Below are positions 27,564 through 37,717 of a stretch of DNA of 64,000 bases, one piece after another. A model generated the notes under the pieces. The model saw only the letters and a list, made by a program, of their open reading frames with translations, did no database searches and was not told the origin of the DNA. The stretch spans positions 6,120 through 70,119 of the IMG/VR virus record IMGVR_UViG_3300037116_000062; one strand, 5' to 3'. This DNA comes from a virus. A program made the translations under genes and the position numbers. How positions within the stretch are numbered: the first letter of the stretch is position 1; every line of letters starts with the position of its first letter.

Positions 27564-28643
27564 ATGCTTACGATTACAGAATTGAACAACATGGACGCGG
27601 ACGTTTACCGCGAGAACCTGAAGGATCCCGCATTCATGGAAGCGGTCAACCGCCTGAATACCCAGGCCGCGCCCCCACCTGCTCCCATCGTTGAGACGGT
27701 TGAGCCCGTAGTCGAGCCCGCCGCCCCCGCAGCGGAGCCCGTCATCCCCGAGTCGCGCTACGAGTATCAGCCGACCGACGAGCAAGGTCGCCCACTCGGC
27801 GGCAAGCAAGTTATTAAGTACACGACCCAGGAAGACTTCGCGGAGAAGTTCGCCGCGCAGAACACCCTCCTGATTCGCCAACTCCGCAAGGTCAACAGGG
27901 AGCACCGTCTGGGCATCGCCCCGGAAGAGACGGTTCCCGACGCGTCCGAGCGGTTCAACGGCGACCTTCTTGAACTGAAGCCGAAGTCGTTGACAGTGGA
28001 CGAGCGATTCCAACTCGCCCAGGATCTGACCGATCCCGAGAAGTTCACTGCCGCGCGCGACAAACTGATCGAGTCTGGACTGGGGATTCCCCTGGCGGAC
28101 CTCGCGAAGGCGTTCAACGAACAGAAAATGGCCACACTCCAAGTGATGGCGAAACAAAATTTTGACATCTTCGCAGCGAACACGCCCGATTTCCTGAGCG
28201 CCGATGTGGAGAACAGACAGAACCTGACGGATTGGATGTTCAAGAAAGGGCTGGCACCCACCGTCGAAAATTTTCAAGCAGCCTACTCAAGCCTCAAGTC
28301 AGTTGGATTACTGAATGAGGCTCCGATCGTGCGATCGGAACCCGTACCCGTGGTGGAACCCGCTCCGAAAGCGCAGGAGCCAGTTGTAGCAGAGGTCCGC
28401 ATTGACCCGACGCCGCAGCCGCAACCAAAGCGACATAGTCAAATACCGTCTGGCTTGAATGACCGAGTGTCTTCAGCAGCGGGCCCCGCGCCCGTGGACG
28501 CTTCTTTGACTCTTGCTGACATTGACCAAATGACTCCAGACGATTACAAGGCGAAGATCAGAGATCCGCGCTTTGCAAAACTCGTCAACGAACTTGAACA
28601 GGCAGCCCTGCTCAAGCGGAGACAGCGTCTCGGTCAAGTCTAA
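27564..28643 (+). CDS. Capsid scaffolding protein
   Basis: P/E/A-rich and helical; repeated LTxxxxxxMxxDxY helix at both ends; directly before the capsid gene. Confidence 0.7.
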   Translation: MLTITELNNMDADVYRENLKDPAFMEAVNRLNTQAAPPPAPIVETVEPVVEPAAPAAEPVIPESRYEYQPTDEQGRPLGGKQVIKYTTQEDFAEKFAAQNTLLIRQLRKVNREHRLGIAPEETVPDASERFNGDLLELKPKSLTVDERFQLAQDLTDPEKFTAARDKLIESGLGIPLADLAKAFNEQKMATLQVMAKQNFDIFAANTPDFLSADVENRQNLTDWMFKKGLAPTVENFQAAYSSLKSVGLLNEAPIVRSEPVPVVEPAPKAQEPVVAEVRIDPTPQPQPKRHSQIPSGLNDRVSSAAGPAPVDASLTLADIDQMTPDDYKAKIRDPRFAKLVNELEQAALLKRRQRLGQV

Positions 28644-28658
28644 AAAGGATAAACCTGT

Positions 28659-29690
28659 ATGAGTTTTTCTCCTAGCGGCAACCAACTCAGTAACCTGCCC
28701 CAGTCCACGGTGAAGTACTACGACAAAAGATTCCGTGAGAACCTGAAGGCGCAGACCCCCTTCGTCCGTTGTTCCGAGCGTTTGGAACTGCCGATGAAGT
28801 CCGGTAACCAGTACGAACTGTTCATGTACGTTCCGCTGGCTGCCAACACCACGCCGACCACCGAAGGCACCGTGGGTTCGTCTCTGAGCATCAACGTGCT
28901 CACGAACACCGCGACCATCGGCGAGTACGCGGATTACGCCAACTTCTCGTCCTTGTCTCTCGCTACCGCGATCGACAACACGGTCGAGAACGTCGCGAAG
29001 GAAATGTCCTATCGCTTGGGCGAGTCCCTCTCGGCTCTGGTGCGCGCGACTGCAGACGGTGCGAACAGCATCGACTCCAGCGTGCTGACTCAGCTTGCTG
29101 CGTCGAGCACCTCCAGCTTCACCGCCCTGTCGTTGTCTCAGATTCGCAACAGTGTCCAGTCTCTGGCTGGCCGCAGTGTGCGTCCGTTCAACGAGGCGAA
29201 GAAGACCTTCGCTGGCGTGATCCATCCGTTCGCTCTCGGCGATGTCCTCGCCGACAACAGCAACGACTCCCCCATCGACATCCTGAAGCACACGCCTCAG
29301 GGTCAGATGAAGATGGAAGACCTGATCTCGGTCGATCTGACCGAAGTCATCGAACTGCCCTCCACGGGCGTGGAATTCCTGCAGACCAACTTGGTCACGC
29401 AGACCACGAACTACAAGGGTCAGACTGGTCTGACTGCTCTCCGTACCTACATTTTCGGTAAGGACGGCATTTTCTCCATCAACCTGGGAGCCACCAACGA
29501 CACCACCTTCGGTGATGGCGATTGGCGCAACATTAAGTGCAACGTGGTTCAGAACGCCGAGCCGACGGTTGCCGATCCCGAAGGGTTGATCCCTGGCTGG
29601 ACCTCGTATCGTGTGCACTTCACCACGAGCTTGGGCCCAGACACCACCATCCGCATCCGTGAGATTGATGCGGCTTCGGCCATCAGCTAA
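28659..29690 (+). CDS. Major capsid protein (N4-gp56-like)
   Basis: 343 aa; LPMKSG, TEG, GVIHP, TYIFGKD and ADP motifs; followed by a terminator. Confidence 0.85.
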   Translation: MSFSPSGNQLSNLPQSTVKYYDKRFRENLKAQTPFVRCSERLELPMKSGNQYELFMYVPLAANTTPTTEGTVGSSLSINVLTNTATIGEYADYANFSSLSLATAIDNTVENVAKEMSYRLGESLSALVRATADGANSIDSSVLTQLAASSTSSFTALSLSQIRNSVQSLAGRSVRPFNEAKKTFAGVIHPFALGDVLADNSNDSPIDILKHTPQGQMKMEDLISVDLTEVIELPSTGVEFLQTNLVTQTTNYKGQTGLTALRTYIFGKDGIFSINLGATNDTTFGDGDWRNIKCNVVQNAEPTVADPEGLIPGWTSYRVHFTTSLGPDTTIRIREIDAASAIS

Positions 29691-29697
29691 GTGAACC

Positions 29698-29726
29698 TGG
29701 GGCGGTAACCCCGCCCCTGTTCTTTA
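29698..29726 (+). terminator. Rho-independent terminator
   Basis: GGGGCGG-TAAC-CCCGCCCC followed by TGTTCTTT. Confidence 0.65.
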
Positions 29727-29756
29727 GTTTCAGCATTTGCTGAAGAAAGGTTTTTC

Positions 29757-30299
29757 ATGGCTAATCCTTCTCCCCAACCCACCCCCACGAGCGGCGTGGG
29801 CACTGCAGCGTACGTCCAAGTTAGCGGAACGAACGTCGGCAACTGCTCACAGCCAGTCGCAGGGACAGGGCAGGGCACGGGCGCGATTCCTTCCACGAAT
29901 CACCCTGTTGCGCAGTACGCACTCACGTTGAGTCTGGCAGCTAAGACCATCAACGGGGTCGCGTATGCTGCCACCTGCCAGTTGACCACGACCATTAAGG
30001 ACGTGGCAGGCACGACTTTCACGGGCACCAATAGCCCTGTGTACAAGTCGTATGCGGATCCAGTCGGCGCTTGGTACAACCCGAGCAACGTTCCCGCCCC
30101 CGCGGGCGCGCCCGCATACAGCGGTCTGATCGCTTCCGTCAGCGGCAGCGGTTTGATCACTGGTTTGCACGTTGGCCAGTGCATCGTTGAAGTGCAGTAC
30201 TCGACTTTCGACGATGTGCAGAACCCCGCGACCAACACGGGAACGGGCAATCCGTGGGCGATGATCTATGCACAGATCGTCGTCAACGTTGTGCCCTGA
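29757..30299 (+). CDS. Ig-like (Big_2-type) capsid decoration protein
   Basis: IASVSGSGLITGLHVGQCIV; directly after the capsid gene. Confidence 0.65.
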   Translation: MANPSPQPTPTSGVGTAAYVQVSGTNVGNCSQPVAGTGQGTGAIPSTNHPVAQYALTLSLAAKTINGVAYAATCQLTTTIKDVAGTTFTGTNSPVYKSYADPVGAWYNPSNVPAPAGAPAYSGLIASVSGSGLITGLHVGQCIVEVQYSTFDDVQNPATNTGTGNPWAMIYAQIVVNVVP

Positions 30300-30314
30300 G
30301 CACCAATTCGACAT

Positions 30315-30392
30315 CTTCGGACTAATTACCCGAAGCCAGAGCGACCAGCACCTAGAATGCTGGTCGCTCGCTCTTTTCTAGGAGAGAATATG
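30315..30392 (+). promoter_or_regulatory. Hairpin + RBS-pairing pseudoknot leader (copy 2)
   Basis: CTTCGG-ACTAATTAC-CCGAAG, then a 12-bp stem whose loop CCTAGAA is complementary to TTCTAGG at the RBS. Confidence 0.7.
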
Positions 30393-30809
30393 CCCCGAAA
30401 CACTGAAGCAGGAAGGCTCGCGTACAACAAATACATGCGAGAATATCGAAAGCGCCCCGAACAAGCCGCTAAAGAAACCGCACGAAAAGCGGCTTGGATA
30501 GCGGCAAACCCAGAGAACGCGGAGAAACACCGTTTGAGCAGGTTTCGCGCCGCGAGAAGGGCCAGATGGGGTAACCCAGAAGAGTACGCCGCACGTCTCG
30601 CTAAACAGAATGGTTTGTGTGCGCTCTGTGGCGAACCTTTTGACGACACTAAGTTAGGCAGCCCTGTTCAAGATCACGACCACGATACTGAAGAACTAAG
30701 AGAATTTTTGCACTGCCGTTGTAACCTTGCGATAGCAAATCTGCTGGATAGCCCTAGCGGATGTCGCAAAGCAGCGGAGTATTTAGAGAAGCACGGGAGG
30801 AGAGGATGA
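30390..30809 (+). mobile_element. Endonuclease VII-family homing endonuclease
   Basis: QNGLCALCG, QDHDH and REFLHCRCNLAI. Confidence 0.85.
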
Positions 30810-30907
30810 AAGATACGAAGGCAGTAGTCAGAACTGTGTGCTCCATCGTGTCCGTCATTCTGCAGTCGATCGGGCTTTGGTTCATCATCACGCATACAGC
30901 AAAGTAA
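30806..30907 (+). CDS. 33-aa single-TM microprotein (not in the ORF track)
   Basis: MKDTKAVVRTVCSIVSVILQSIGLWFIITHTAK; GGAGG RBS; ATGA overlap. Confidence 0.5.
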   Translation: MKDTKAVVRTVCSIVSVILQSIGLWFIITHTAK

Positions 30908-30922
30908 CACCAAGGAGGACAC

Positions 30923-31198
30923 ATGTCGGAGGAGACATTCACGATTCAGGCTCTGCTCGAATCGAACAACATTTTGCAGGAAGAAGTCAGCCGTCTGCGC
31001 AACAGCAATAGGATTCTGCGCACAGTTCACAGCGCACTGCGCGCGGCCAACGAGAGCCTACGGGCCCAAGTCGAGTTGGCGAGGTTCAACGATGAGACAT
31101 TCAAAGCGTTTTGTCAAGGTGAGTTTGATGCCCCATTTACCGAGTACGCGGAAGGTGGATTACTGACCGCGTCAAGTGTAGTGGAGCCCCTGGTCTAG
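30923..31198 (+). CDS. Coiled-coil hypothetical protein
   Basis: AAGGAGG RBS; heptad pattern. Confidence 0.65.
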   Translation: MSEETFTIQALLESNNILQEEVSRLRNSNRILRTVHSALRAANESLRAQVELARFNDETFKAFCQGEFDAPFTEYAEGGLLTASSVVEPLV

Positions 31199-31353
31199 AA
31201 CGGGGAGGAAGCGTCAGTGACGAGCGGAACTTATAATCCCGCGACGGGCTGATATGAAGGCATGAAAGGGCGGCTACCTCCAGCTTGACGAGTTGATATC
31301 TCGCCAATGGAGACTTATCGGGCTGGGGGAGCCACTTACAATTCGGAGGAGCA

Positions 31354-31548
31354 ATGAGAATTCATTTCGAGAGCAAGGTCCAGTGGCAGAAAAGATTCAC
31401 GGGCACTGCCGTAGTCGGCGTATTTCTTATGGTATACGAAGGTCAACCGTCTATCGCGGACCCCGCGGGCATAGGCCTAAAAGGATTCAAGATAGGGGCT
31501 AGTGTCGGTTTCGGCACACTCTCTTGGGAAGTGAAATGTGCCAACTAA
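31354..31548 (+). CDS. Small hypothetical protein
   Basis: GGAGG RBS. Confidence 0.45.
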   Translation: MRIHFESKVQWQKRFTGTAVVGVFLMVYEGQPSIADPAGIGLKGFKIGASVGFGTLSWEVKCAN

Positions 31549-32224
31549 CGCGGAGTACCTGGAGCGTTGGGAAAACGCCGCGCCAACCGCAGTAGTCAGC
31601 GACACACCAGTAGAAGCCAAGCGCACGAACGGGGACAACGGACTCCAGAGTTACATGGACGACCGCGAAGACCCCGCACTGCTGGAAGCCATCGCGGAGT
31701 ACGCCGAACGAATCAGCGATGCAAAGCCCACTCAGGAAACTCTTGAGACGTACGCCGAGCGCAAAGAATACAACGACAACGTCGCCCGAGAATACCAGTG
31801 GGTGACCCCCGATGAGTACGCAGACGGCGGCGCTCGCATCGGAAGGATCATGCACTCATCTGCGTTCATCATCCGCCTTCAGCGGGCGGGAGTGAAGTGC
31901 TGGTATCGTAGGCATCCACAGCCGGGGAAGATGACTCTCGTTGTCCAACCGAAGCAAGCGACTCTACCGCCCGAAGTGGGCTGCTGGGTTCAGGGCGGCT
32001 TCATGCCTGAACTGAGCATCATGCGATTCGATGATCACGGAGTTCCAACCACGGAGAAGAACCGCGGCTGGCGAACTTGTCTGTTGCAACTGATCCTCAA
32101 GAGTCACATCAGCCAGCAAGTGGCTGACGAAGTTTTCGGAAAGCCCCCAACCACGGAGGCGTTCCACCGATACAACAACACCCTCCGAGTATTTCGGGAT
32201 CAGGGTGGAAGACTAGCAAGTTAA
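31538..32224 (+). CDS. Hypothetical protein
   Basis: 228-aa ORF with genome-typical codon usage. Confidence 0.7.
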   Translation: MPTNAEYLERWENAAPTAVVSDTPVEAKRTNGDNGLQSYMDDREDPALLEAIAEYAERISDAKPTQETLETYAERKEYNDNVAREYQWVTPDEYADGGARIGRIMHSSAFIIRLQRAGVKCWYRRHPQPGKMTLVVQPKQATLPPEVGCWVQGGFMPELSIMRFDDHGVPTTEKNRGWRTCLLQLILKSHISQQVADEVFGKPPTTEAFHRYNNTLRVFRDQGGRLAS

Positions 32225-32234
32225 AAGGAGGAGT

Positions 32235-32912
32235 ATGTCTAACGAATTGAAGAAGGAACTATCCGAGATTGAGAAGATCCAACTGGAAGCCGCGCAGATG
32301 GCTCTCGAAACCGCCAAGATGGACCGCGAACTGAAGAAGGCGGACTTGGAAGCGAAGCAGCTTGAAAAGCAGGAGCGAGAATATCACATTCGGGATTTGA
32401 AGGGCAGTCTTGCCAAACGCGATCTCGAAGAGATGCAGTTGAAGGAAAATCGCCAGCAACAGGGCGCGACCTTCGCCCAGCAAGCGGCCACTGACAAGTA
32501 CCGTTTCAGCATCTGCACCCACAAGAAGGGCGGAACGGCCAACGCGCGCGACACCCGCTGCCTGACCACAGGCGGCAACGGTAACCAGTACGCAATCATG
32601 AAGCATCAGATGATCAACGGCGACATCTGGATCCGCTGCCTCCGCTGCGGCAAGACTTGGTGCCCGCCAGTCGAAATCAACTTCTATTTCGACAAGCAGG
32701 GTCGTCAGGTCGCCCCGATCGACGGAATCTTCAGCAAGGAAGCGTTCAACGCGGCCACCGTCGAGTACCAGAAGGCGACGATGTTTGAGACGAACAATAC
32801 GATGTCAGGATCCGTGCAAGTTCGATTCTCCCGATACGATGCTGTCTCAGGCAAGATTGTGGACGGAAGCGACGTCTATCGTGAGTCCATCGCCAGCACC
32901 AACCTGCGCTAA
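32235..32912 (+). CDS. Coiled-coil + zinc-binding (CxH...CxxC) protein
   Basis: CTHKKGG and CLRCGKTW; AGGAGG RBS. Confidence 0.7.
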   Translation: MSNELKKELSEIEKIQLEAAQMALETAKMDRELKKADLEAKQLEKQEREYHIRDLKGSLAKRDLEEMQLKENRQQQGATFAQQAATDKYRFSICTHKKGGTANARDTRCLTTGGNGNQYAIMKHQMINGDIWIRCLRCGKTWCPPVEINFYFDKQGRQVAPIDGIFSKEAFNAATVEYQKATMFETNNTMSGSVQVRFSRYDAVSGKIVDGSDVYRESIASTNLR

Positions 32913-32972
32913 ACATTGTGCACAAACCCCTGAAAAAAGGGGGTTTGGTGCATAAGAATATAAAAGGACATC

Positions 32973-34040
32973 ATGGGCAACTCCAGCTACCGACTTCAGG
33001 ATCTCGTAGATATAGCAAGATCGCTAGGCGATCTCGCACCCACACTCCCTACAGGCGGAGCATATGAAACCGTCGCCACCTCGGCGGCCAATGACGTCAT
33101 GACTAGCATGGTCGCGGGGAGCAGCAAGGGTTCCCCGTTCAATTTCAAGTGGAACCGCGTCATCATCCCGCCGTTCTTCATCAACTCGTGGCAGCAAGAT
33201 TACGCTTCCTCAGTTGTGAACCTCGGCTGGCTCGAATCGTGCGGCGCGTACAACACGTCCACCACTCAGACACCGAAGCCCTATCGCGTGGTTGAAGTGA
33301 AGCGGGACGTCCTGATTACGAACGCCCAGACTGCGTCCACCGCGAAGATCCAGTGGGAGCAGAACAACTCGCTCACATTCGGAACGTGGGGACAGTCTAC
33401 CCCCAACAGCATTACGGGGATCCCAAACCCTGGCCCGGGCGCGGTGTACCAGAACCCGCTGGGCATGATTTCTCTTCCCTCCAACCCGATCACTCAGGTG
33501 AAAGACGCCTTCGGCAACCTGTGGATCGTGACAGGCTACGGAACCTGCGGCGGAGTCAACCCTTTTCTCACGAATCTCAATCCCGTATTCCCCGACATCA
33601 ACAATCCGACCACCGTCGCGACGACAGCCGCGGACGGGGGTGTCACTTGGACCGCGGTCAACCCGTTCGGACAGGGATTCCGTCTCAACCCGATGCCATC
33701 TCAGACAGGCCCCGTGTGGGAAGTCTGCCCCGTTGGCCAAGCCAAGATCGCGAAGTTCACATCCCTCGGTCAGTATCTTGAGCCGATCCCAGATGACTAC
33801 TTCACGTATTTTCAGAACGGGTTCTTCGCCCAGTGCTATCGTCGATCGCCCGATCCGAAAGTAAGATCCAAGTTCAAAGACGAGTGGGCGATTTTCATGA
33901 AGTCGCTCGATGAGTGTGTCGACCAAGCAAGTAGAGAACAGGACGACTGGGGATTCGTCCCGACCTATAACGTGATGGACACGGGCTGGGCGTTTAACCC
34001 AGTCAACCCCGCAATGCCTTATGGGCCCTGGGCGGGCTAA
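32973..34040 (+). CDS. Putative head-tail adaptor protein
   Basis: AANDVM...FNFKWNR...QQDY...PIPDDY pattern; position. Confidence 0.6.
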   Translation: MGNSSYRLQDLVDIARSLGDLAPTLPTGGAYETVATSAANDVMTSMVAGSSKGSPFNFKWNRVIIPPFFINSWQQDYASSVVNLGWLESCGAYNTSTTQTPKPYRVVEVKRDVLITNAQTASTAKIQWEQNNSLTFGTWGQSTPNSITGIPNPGPGAVYQNPLGMISLPSNPITQVKDAFGNLWIVTGYGTCGGVNPFLTNLNPVFPDINNPTTVATTAADGGVTWTAVNPFGQGFRLNPMPSQTGPVWEVCPVGQAKIAKFTSLGQYLEPIPDDYFTYFQNGFFAQCYRRSPDPKVRSKFKDEWAIFMKSLDECVDQASREQDDWGFVPTYNVMDTGWAFNPVNPAMPYGPWAG

Positions 34041-34050
34041 GGAGTACCAG

Positions 34051-34446
34051 ATGGAACAAAGTATCATGGATTCACAACTTGCTGCATTGAAGGAGTTGAC
34101 AGATACGCGGTTCAAGGCATCGGAAACCGCAGTCAACACCGCGCTGGCAACACAGGAAAAAGCCGTCAACGCTGCACGCGAGACGGATCAAAAGGCGCTG
34201 GCTGCTGCATTGCAAGCGTCAGAGAAAGCCATCGCCAAAGCCGAAGCCGCACAGGCCGAAGTCAACAAGGTAATCGCTGAGTTACAGAAAGACGTTATCT
34301 CCCTCCGGGAATCCCGATCGCAGGGCACAGGAAACGACGCCGCTAAGAAGGGTGATAAGCAGCAGTCCAACTGGACGGTAAGTCTGTTGGTGACCATTGC
34401 TTTGGCGCTGATCGCAGTGGCTTTGAAGATGTTCATGCTTAGATAG
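34051..34446 (+). CDS. Coiled-coil protein with a C-terminal TM helix
   Basis: Ala-rich heptads; hydrophobic C-terminus. Confidence 0.65.
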   Translation: MEQSIMDSQLAALKELTDTRFKASETAVNTALATQEKAVNAARETDQKALAAALQASEKAIAKAEAAQAEVNKVIAELQKDVISLRESRSQGTGNDAAKKGDKQQSNWTVSLLVTIALALIAVALKMFMLR

Positions 34447-34451
34447 GAGGA

Positions 34452-34883
34452 GTGATGTTCAAATTTCTTCGTAAGACTTTCCTGTGGGTGCTCTTAGCCC
34501 CGCTCGCATTCACGTGGCTTGGCGCACTATCCAATCAGGTAGTTTTGTACGTGAATCACGACACCTTCCCTGTAAGGTGGAATGACTACAAGATATATCA
34601 ATACAAGTTCGATCTTGAAACCAAATCCCAGAGTGAGGATGAGGACGTTGCTCTACAAGCCCAGATGAGTTTGGTGGCTCTTAAATCGGGATATCTCGAC
34701 GATACCCACGTCATCATGACGAAGGATACGCACCTGAACCTTCTCGCGGATTGGTTTGACCTCCGCGGCGACGGGACTTACAGCATCGGTGACGGGTTGA
34801 TCTACCTCGGCGAATGGCTGAGTAGTTTTGCCGTCTACGTCTGGGGCGCGCTACTACTCAACAGCTTAAGGAAACAAGAATAG
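34452..34883 (+). CDS. DUF5317-like membrane protein
   Basis: NQVVLYVN..FPV, LADWF and YSIGD with flanking TM helices. Confidence 0.55.
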   Translation: MMFKFLRKTFLWVLLAPLAFTWLGALSNQVVLYVNHDTFPVRWNDYKIYQYKFDLETKSQSEDEDVALQAQMSLVALKSGYLDDTHVIMTKDTHLNLLADWFDLRGDGTYSIGDGLIYLGEWLSSFAVYVWGALLLNSLRKQE

Positions 34884-34893
34884 GACAATCCCG

Positions 34894-35838
34894 ATGGCGA
34901 TCTCTACCAAAACGATTAGCAACACGATTGACTTTTGCAAGCGGCTGAGTTTTAACCGCAACCCCGTCATCGGGAATTCTCTTGAGCCCGCGCTCACAGC
35001 GGCACAGATTGTCATGCAAGTCATCCTTGGCCCGCCGTTCGAATGGTGGTGGAATAACGAGGAACTGGTCTTCACGTGCAACCCTGTTCCGAACAGTGCT
35101 ACGAGCACCGTGGTTAGCATCGTCAGCGGCACAATCACCGTGACCGCTGCGAACACCTTCTCTACAGGCGACTTAGTCCTGCCGAAGGGTTTTGTCACGC
35201 TCACCTCTTTGAACGGTTTACTGCTGGAGGTTGTAACCGCGACCGCGTCCACATTTACCGCAGCCGTAAACCTCCCGAACGGAACCGATACTGCGGGGAC
35301 GTTCACGAACATCACCACTCAGGACTACCCCGTTGCCACACCAGAATTCTCACACATCGAGCATGCCTCGGTTCTGGACATTGACGCGACAGGCAAGCCA
35401 CTGAAGTGGTACGAACTGACCGTCAAGAACATGCTGTCTCTCGAAACTTCGGCCAACCGTCCTGAGTTCATCTCTCCCCACACGGAGAATGGGCAGGGCG
35501 TAACCGTGTTCCGCGTGACATCTGCTCCCGATAAGAAGTACCCCATCTCCATCCACATCCAGAAGGCCGCGCCCACCGTCACCAGTATCAATCAGACATG
35601 GGCACCCATCCCCGACTTCATGCAATACATCTACACCTGGGGATTCATGGCACTCATCTGGCAGTTTGCGGACGACCCGCGCGCGACCTACGCGAACAAC
35701 AAATTTGTTGCGGGCATACTCGCTCGATCCGAAGGTTTGGACGACGAACAGAAAAATATTTTTCTAAATAATTGGGATGAGATGCGAATGAGTTTCGGCC
35801 CGATGAAACAGCAAGGTATCGCAGCGCGAGGACAATAA
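34894..35838 (+). CDS. Putative adaptor/tail tubular A-like protein
   Basis: PFEWWWN, TQDY, APDKKY and PIPD; resembles ORF 32973. Confidence 0.6.
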   Translation: MAISTKTISNTIDFCKRLSFNRNPVIGNSLEPALTAAQIVMQVILGPPFEWWWNNEELVFTCNPVPNSATSTVVSIVSGTITVTAANTFSTGDLVLPKGFVTLTSLNGLLLEVVTATASTFTAAVNLPNGTDTAGTFTNITTQDYPVATPEFSHIEHASVLDIDATGKPLKWYELTVKNMLSLETSANRPEFISPHTENGQGVTVFRVTSAPDKKYPISIHIQKAAPTVTSINQTWAPIPDFMQYIYTWGFMALIWQFADDPRATYANNKFVAGILARSEGLDDEQKNIFLNNWDEMRMSFGPMKQQGIAARGQ

Positions 35839-35849
35839 GGAGTTCCCGT

Positions 35850-36146
35850 ATGCCCCAGCTAGTCACTGTGTATGGGGGTTCCTTTCAGGACCCTAGTGGC
35901 AACCCGCTAACAGGCGGATTGACTTGCAGACTCGTGCAGGACATCGCCGAGAGTTCCAACCAAATCGCTGCAGGCCGATGGACGAAGCTCTCGCTCGATG
36001 CGAACGGGAATATATCCCCGAGCCCGGGGGCGAAACTCTGGGGTCCCGCTCTCTACGACGTGATTGCATACACCTCGCAGGGTCTGGCCGCGTGGAGTGG
36101 GCAGATTACAGTTCCAGACGTGACATCATTCAGTTTTACCCCATAG
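35850..36146 (+). CDS. Tail-fibre anchor-like small protein
   Basis: GGSFQDPSGNPL...LDANGNI...WG, paralogous to the N-terminus of 36154. Confidence 0.6.
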   Translation: MPQLVTVYGGSFQDPSGNPLTGGLTCRLVQDIAESSNQIAAGRWTKLSLDANGNISPSPGAKLWGPALYDVIAYTSQGLAAWSGQITVPDVTSFSFTP

Positions 36147-36153
36147 GAGCAAC

Positions 36154-37194
36154 ATGCCCGCAACTAAATGCGTACTAACTGGCGGGGCCTTTCAGGACGC
36201 CGAAGGGAATGTCTTGGCGAACGGTTATCTGACGATGACTCTGTCCCAGGACTCTTCCGTATCTGGCGTTGGGAACATTGCCGCGGGGATTACGATTACC
36301 ATCACTTTGGACACGAACGGAAACGTTGCAGGCAGTCCTGCGCAAGCAGTCTGGGGCAATGACGTTCTCTCGGGGAACACATTCTATAGTGTTACGGGAT
36401 ACACACTCGCGGGCCAACCCGCCTACGGTCCCAATAATCAGCAAGTCGTAGGCAGCACTTTCAATGTAGGCACGTGGGTTCCAAATCAAGTCATCTCGTG
36501 GAGCCCTTCTGTCCAATCGACTCTGCTGGAGACGAACGGGACAAAGAACGGTTCGCAGGCTACGCTGAATCTCGCGGCAGGGGCGAACATCACCCTCGCA
36601 GATAATGGAAGCGGCACGATTACGATTGCCGCTGCAGCAGGCGGGAGCAGCTTCAGTGTCACCAATCAAGGCTTCTTCATCGCTTCAGGCATGACGGACC
36701 TCGCCTCAGCTTTCGTGGGTACTTTCATCGCCCCGATAACCGACTACAGTGCTAACGAGGTGATGGTCAACCAGTTCGTCCTACAGTCGGCGTGGACGCT
36801 CTCCAGCGTATCTTACCAGCTAACCACGACCAGTTCTGGCGGGTCTAATTTCAGCTTCGGCATATATAGCGCGGCTGGCGTGAAACTCATTGATAGTGGC
36901 GCGTTCGACGGCACCAGCAGCGCTGTCCAGACCCTATCATTCACCCCGGTCACTCTTCCCGCGGGCGTGTACTACTTCGCCGCGAGCGCAACTGACCTCA
37001 CTATGCGTGGTATCGCAATGCAAACCGCCAACCCCGCGGTTATGCTGGCAACCATCAGCACTTCTTACCCATACATCGCAACCGCGGCGAACGCCACCTC
37101 AGGGGGTGTTATGCCTGCCACCCTCGGCACGTTGACCGCGATCCTTACCGCGGCAAGCTGGGAAGGTATCCCGCTTTGTATCTGGAAGGTCTAA
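36154..37194 (+). CDS. Tail fibre/spike protein
   Basis: Anchor domain, LNLAAGANITL linker and beta-rich head. Confidence 0.65.
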   Translation: MPATKCVLTGGAFQDAEGNVLANGYLTMTLSQDSSVSGVGNIAAGITITITLDTNGNVAGSPAQAVWGNDVLSGNTFYSVTGYTLAGQPAYGPNNQQVVGSTFNVGTWVPNQVISWSPSVQSTLLETNGTKNGSQATLNLAAGANITLADNGSGTITIAAAAGGSSFSVTNQGFFIASGMTDLASAFVGTFIAPITDYSANEVMVNQFVLQSAWTLSSVSYQLTTTSSGGSNFSFGIYSAAGVKLIDSGAFDGTSSAVQTLSFTPVTLPAGVYYFAASATDLTMRGIAMQTANPAVMLATISTSYPYIATAANATSGGVMPATLGTLTAILTAASWEGIPLCIWKV

Positions 37195-37207
37195 GGAAAG
37201 GTTCACC

Positions 37208-37717
37208 ATGAGTCAGATTGCAGCGAATGGCGGCCAGCCGCAGGTGGGGGATGTATTCGGGAAATGGACTCTCCTGTCTAAAACGGGACGAGGCTCCTAC
37301 GTTTGTCGCTGCGAGTGTGGTATAGAAAAGCCTATTGGCTCTACTGAATTACTTCGTGGGGCTAGAAAGAAAGGGTGTCGTCGTTGTCAGATTGGTTTTT
37401 CAAAAGAGACTGCTCGTAGGAACGAGCTATATGGCAGCTATGTCCTGAATGCAAAAAAGAGGAAGTTGGATTTTGCGCTCTCTCGTCAAGAAGCAGAATT
37501 GATGTTTGTATCCACATGCCACTATTGTGGGAAACTCCCCTCTCCCAACAATGGGATTGACCGAATGGATAACTCTATAGGGTATTTTCCAACGAACTGT
37601 GTGGCATGCTGTGGTTTGTGTAATCGCATAAAGAATGTCTTGGGTTATGAGGAGTTTTTTGCTCACCTAAAGTCGATTCTGGAATTCCGGGGGTATCATG
37701 TCACAAATCGCGGCTAA
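37208..37717 (+). mobile_element. HNH homing endonuclease carrying the first 12 residues of the downstream tail gene
   Basis: FGKWTLL, CRCECG, CHYCG and GIDRMDNSIGY...CCGLCN; N-terminus MSQIAANGGQPQ. Confidence 0.85.

Noticed and set aside
28473-29618. Long antisense ORFs (e.g. 381 aa opposite the capsid gene, 335 aa opposite terL, 319 aa at 33210)
   Set aside because: These are shadow frames expected from high GC3 codon bias, with no RBS or motifs.
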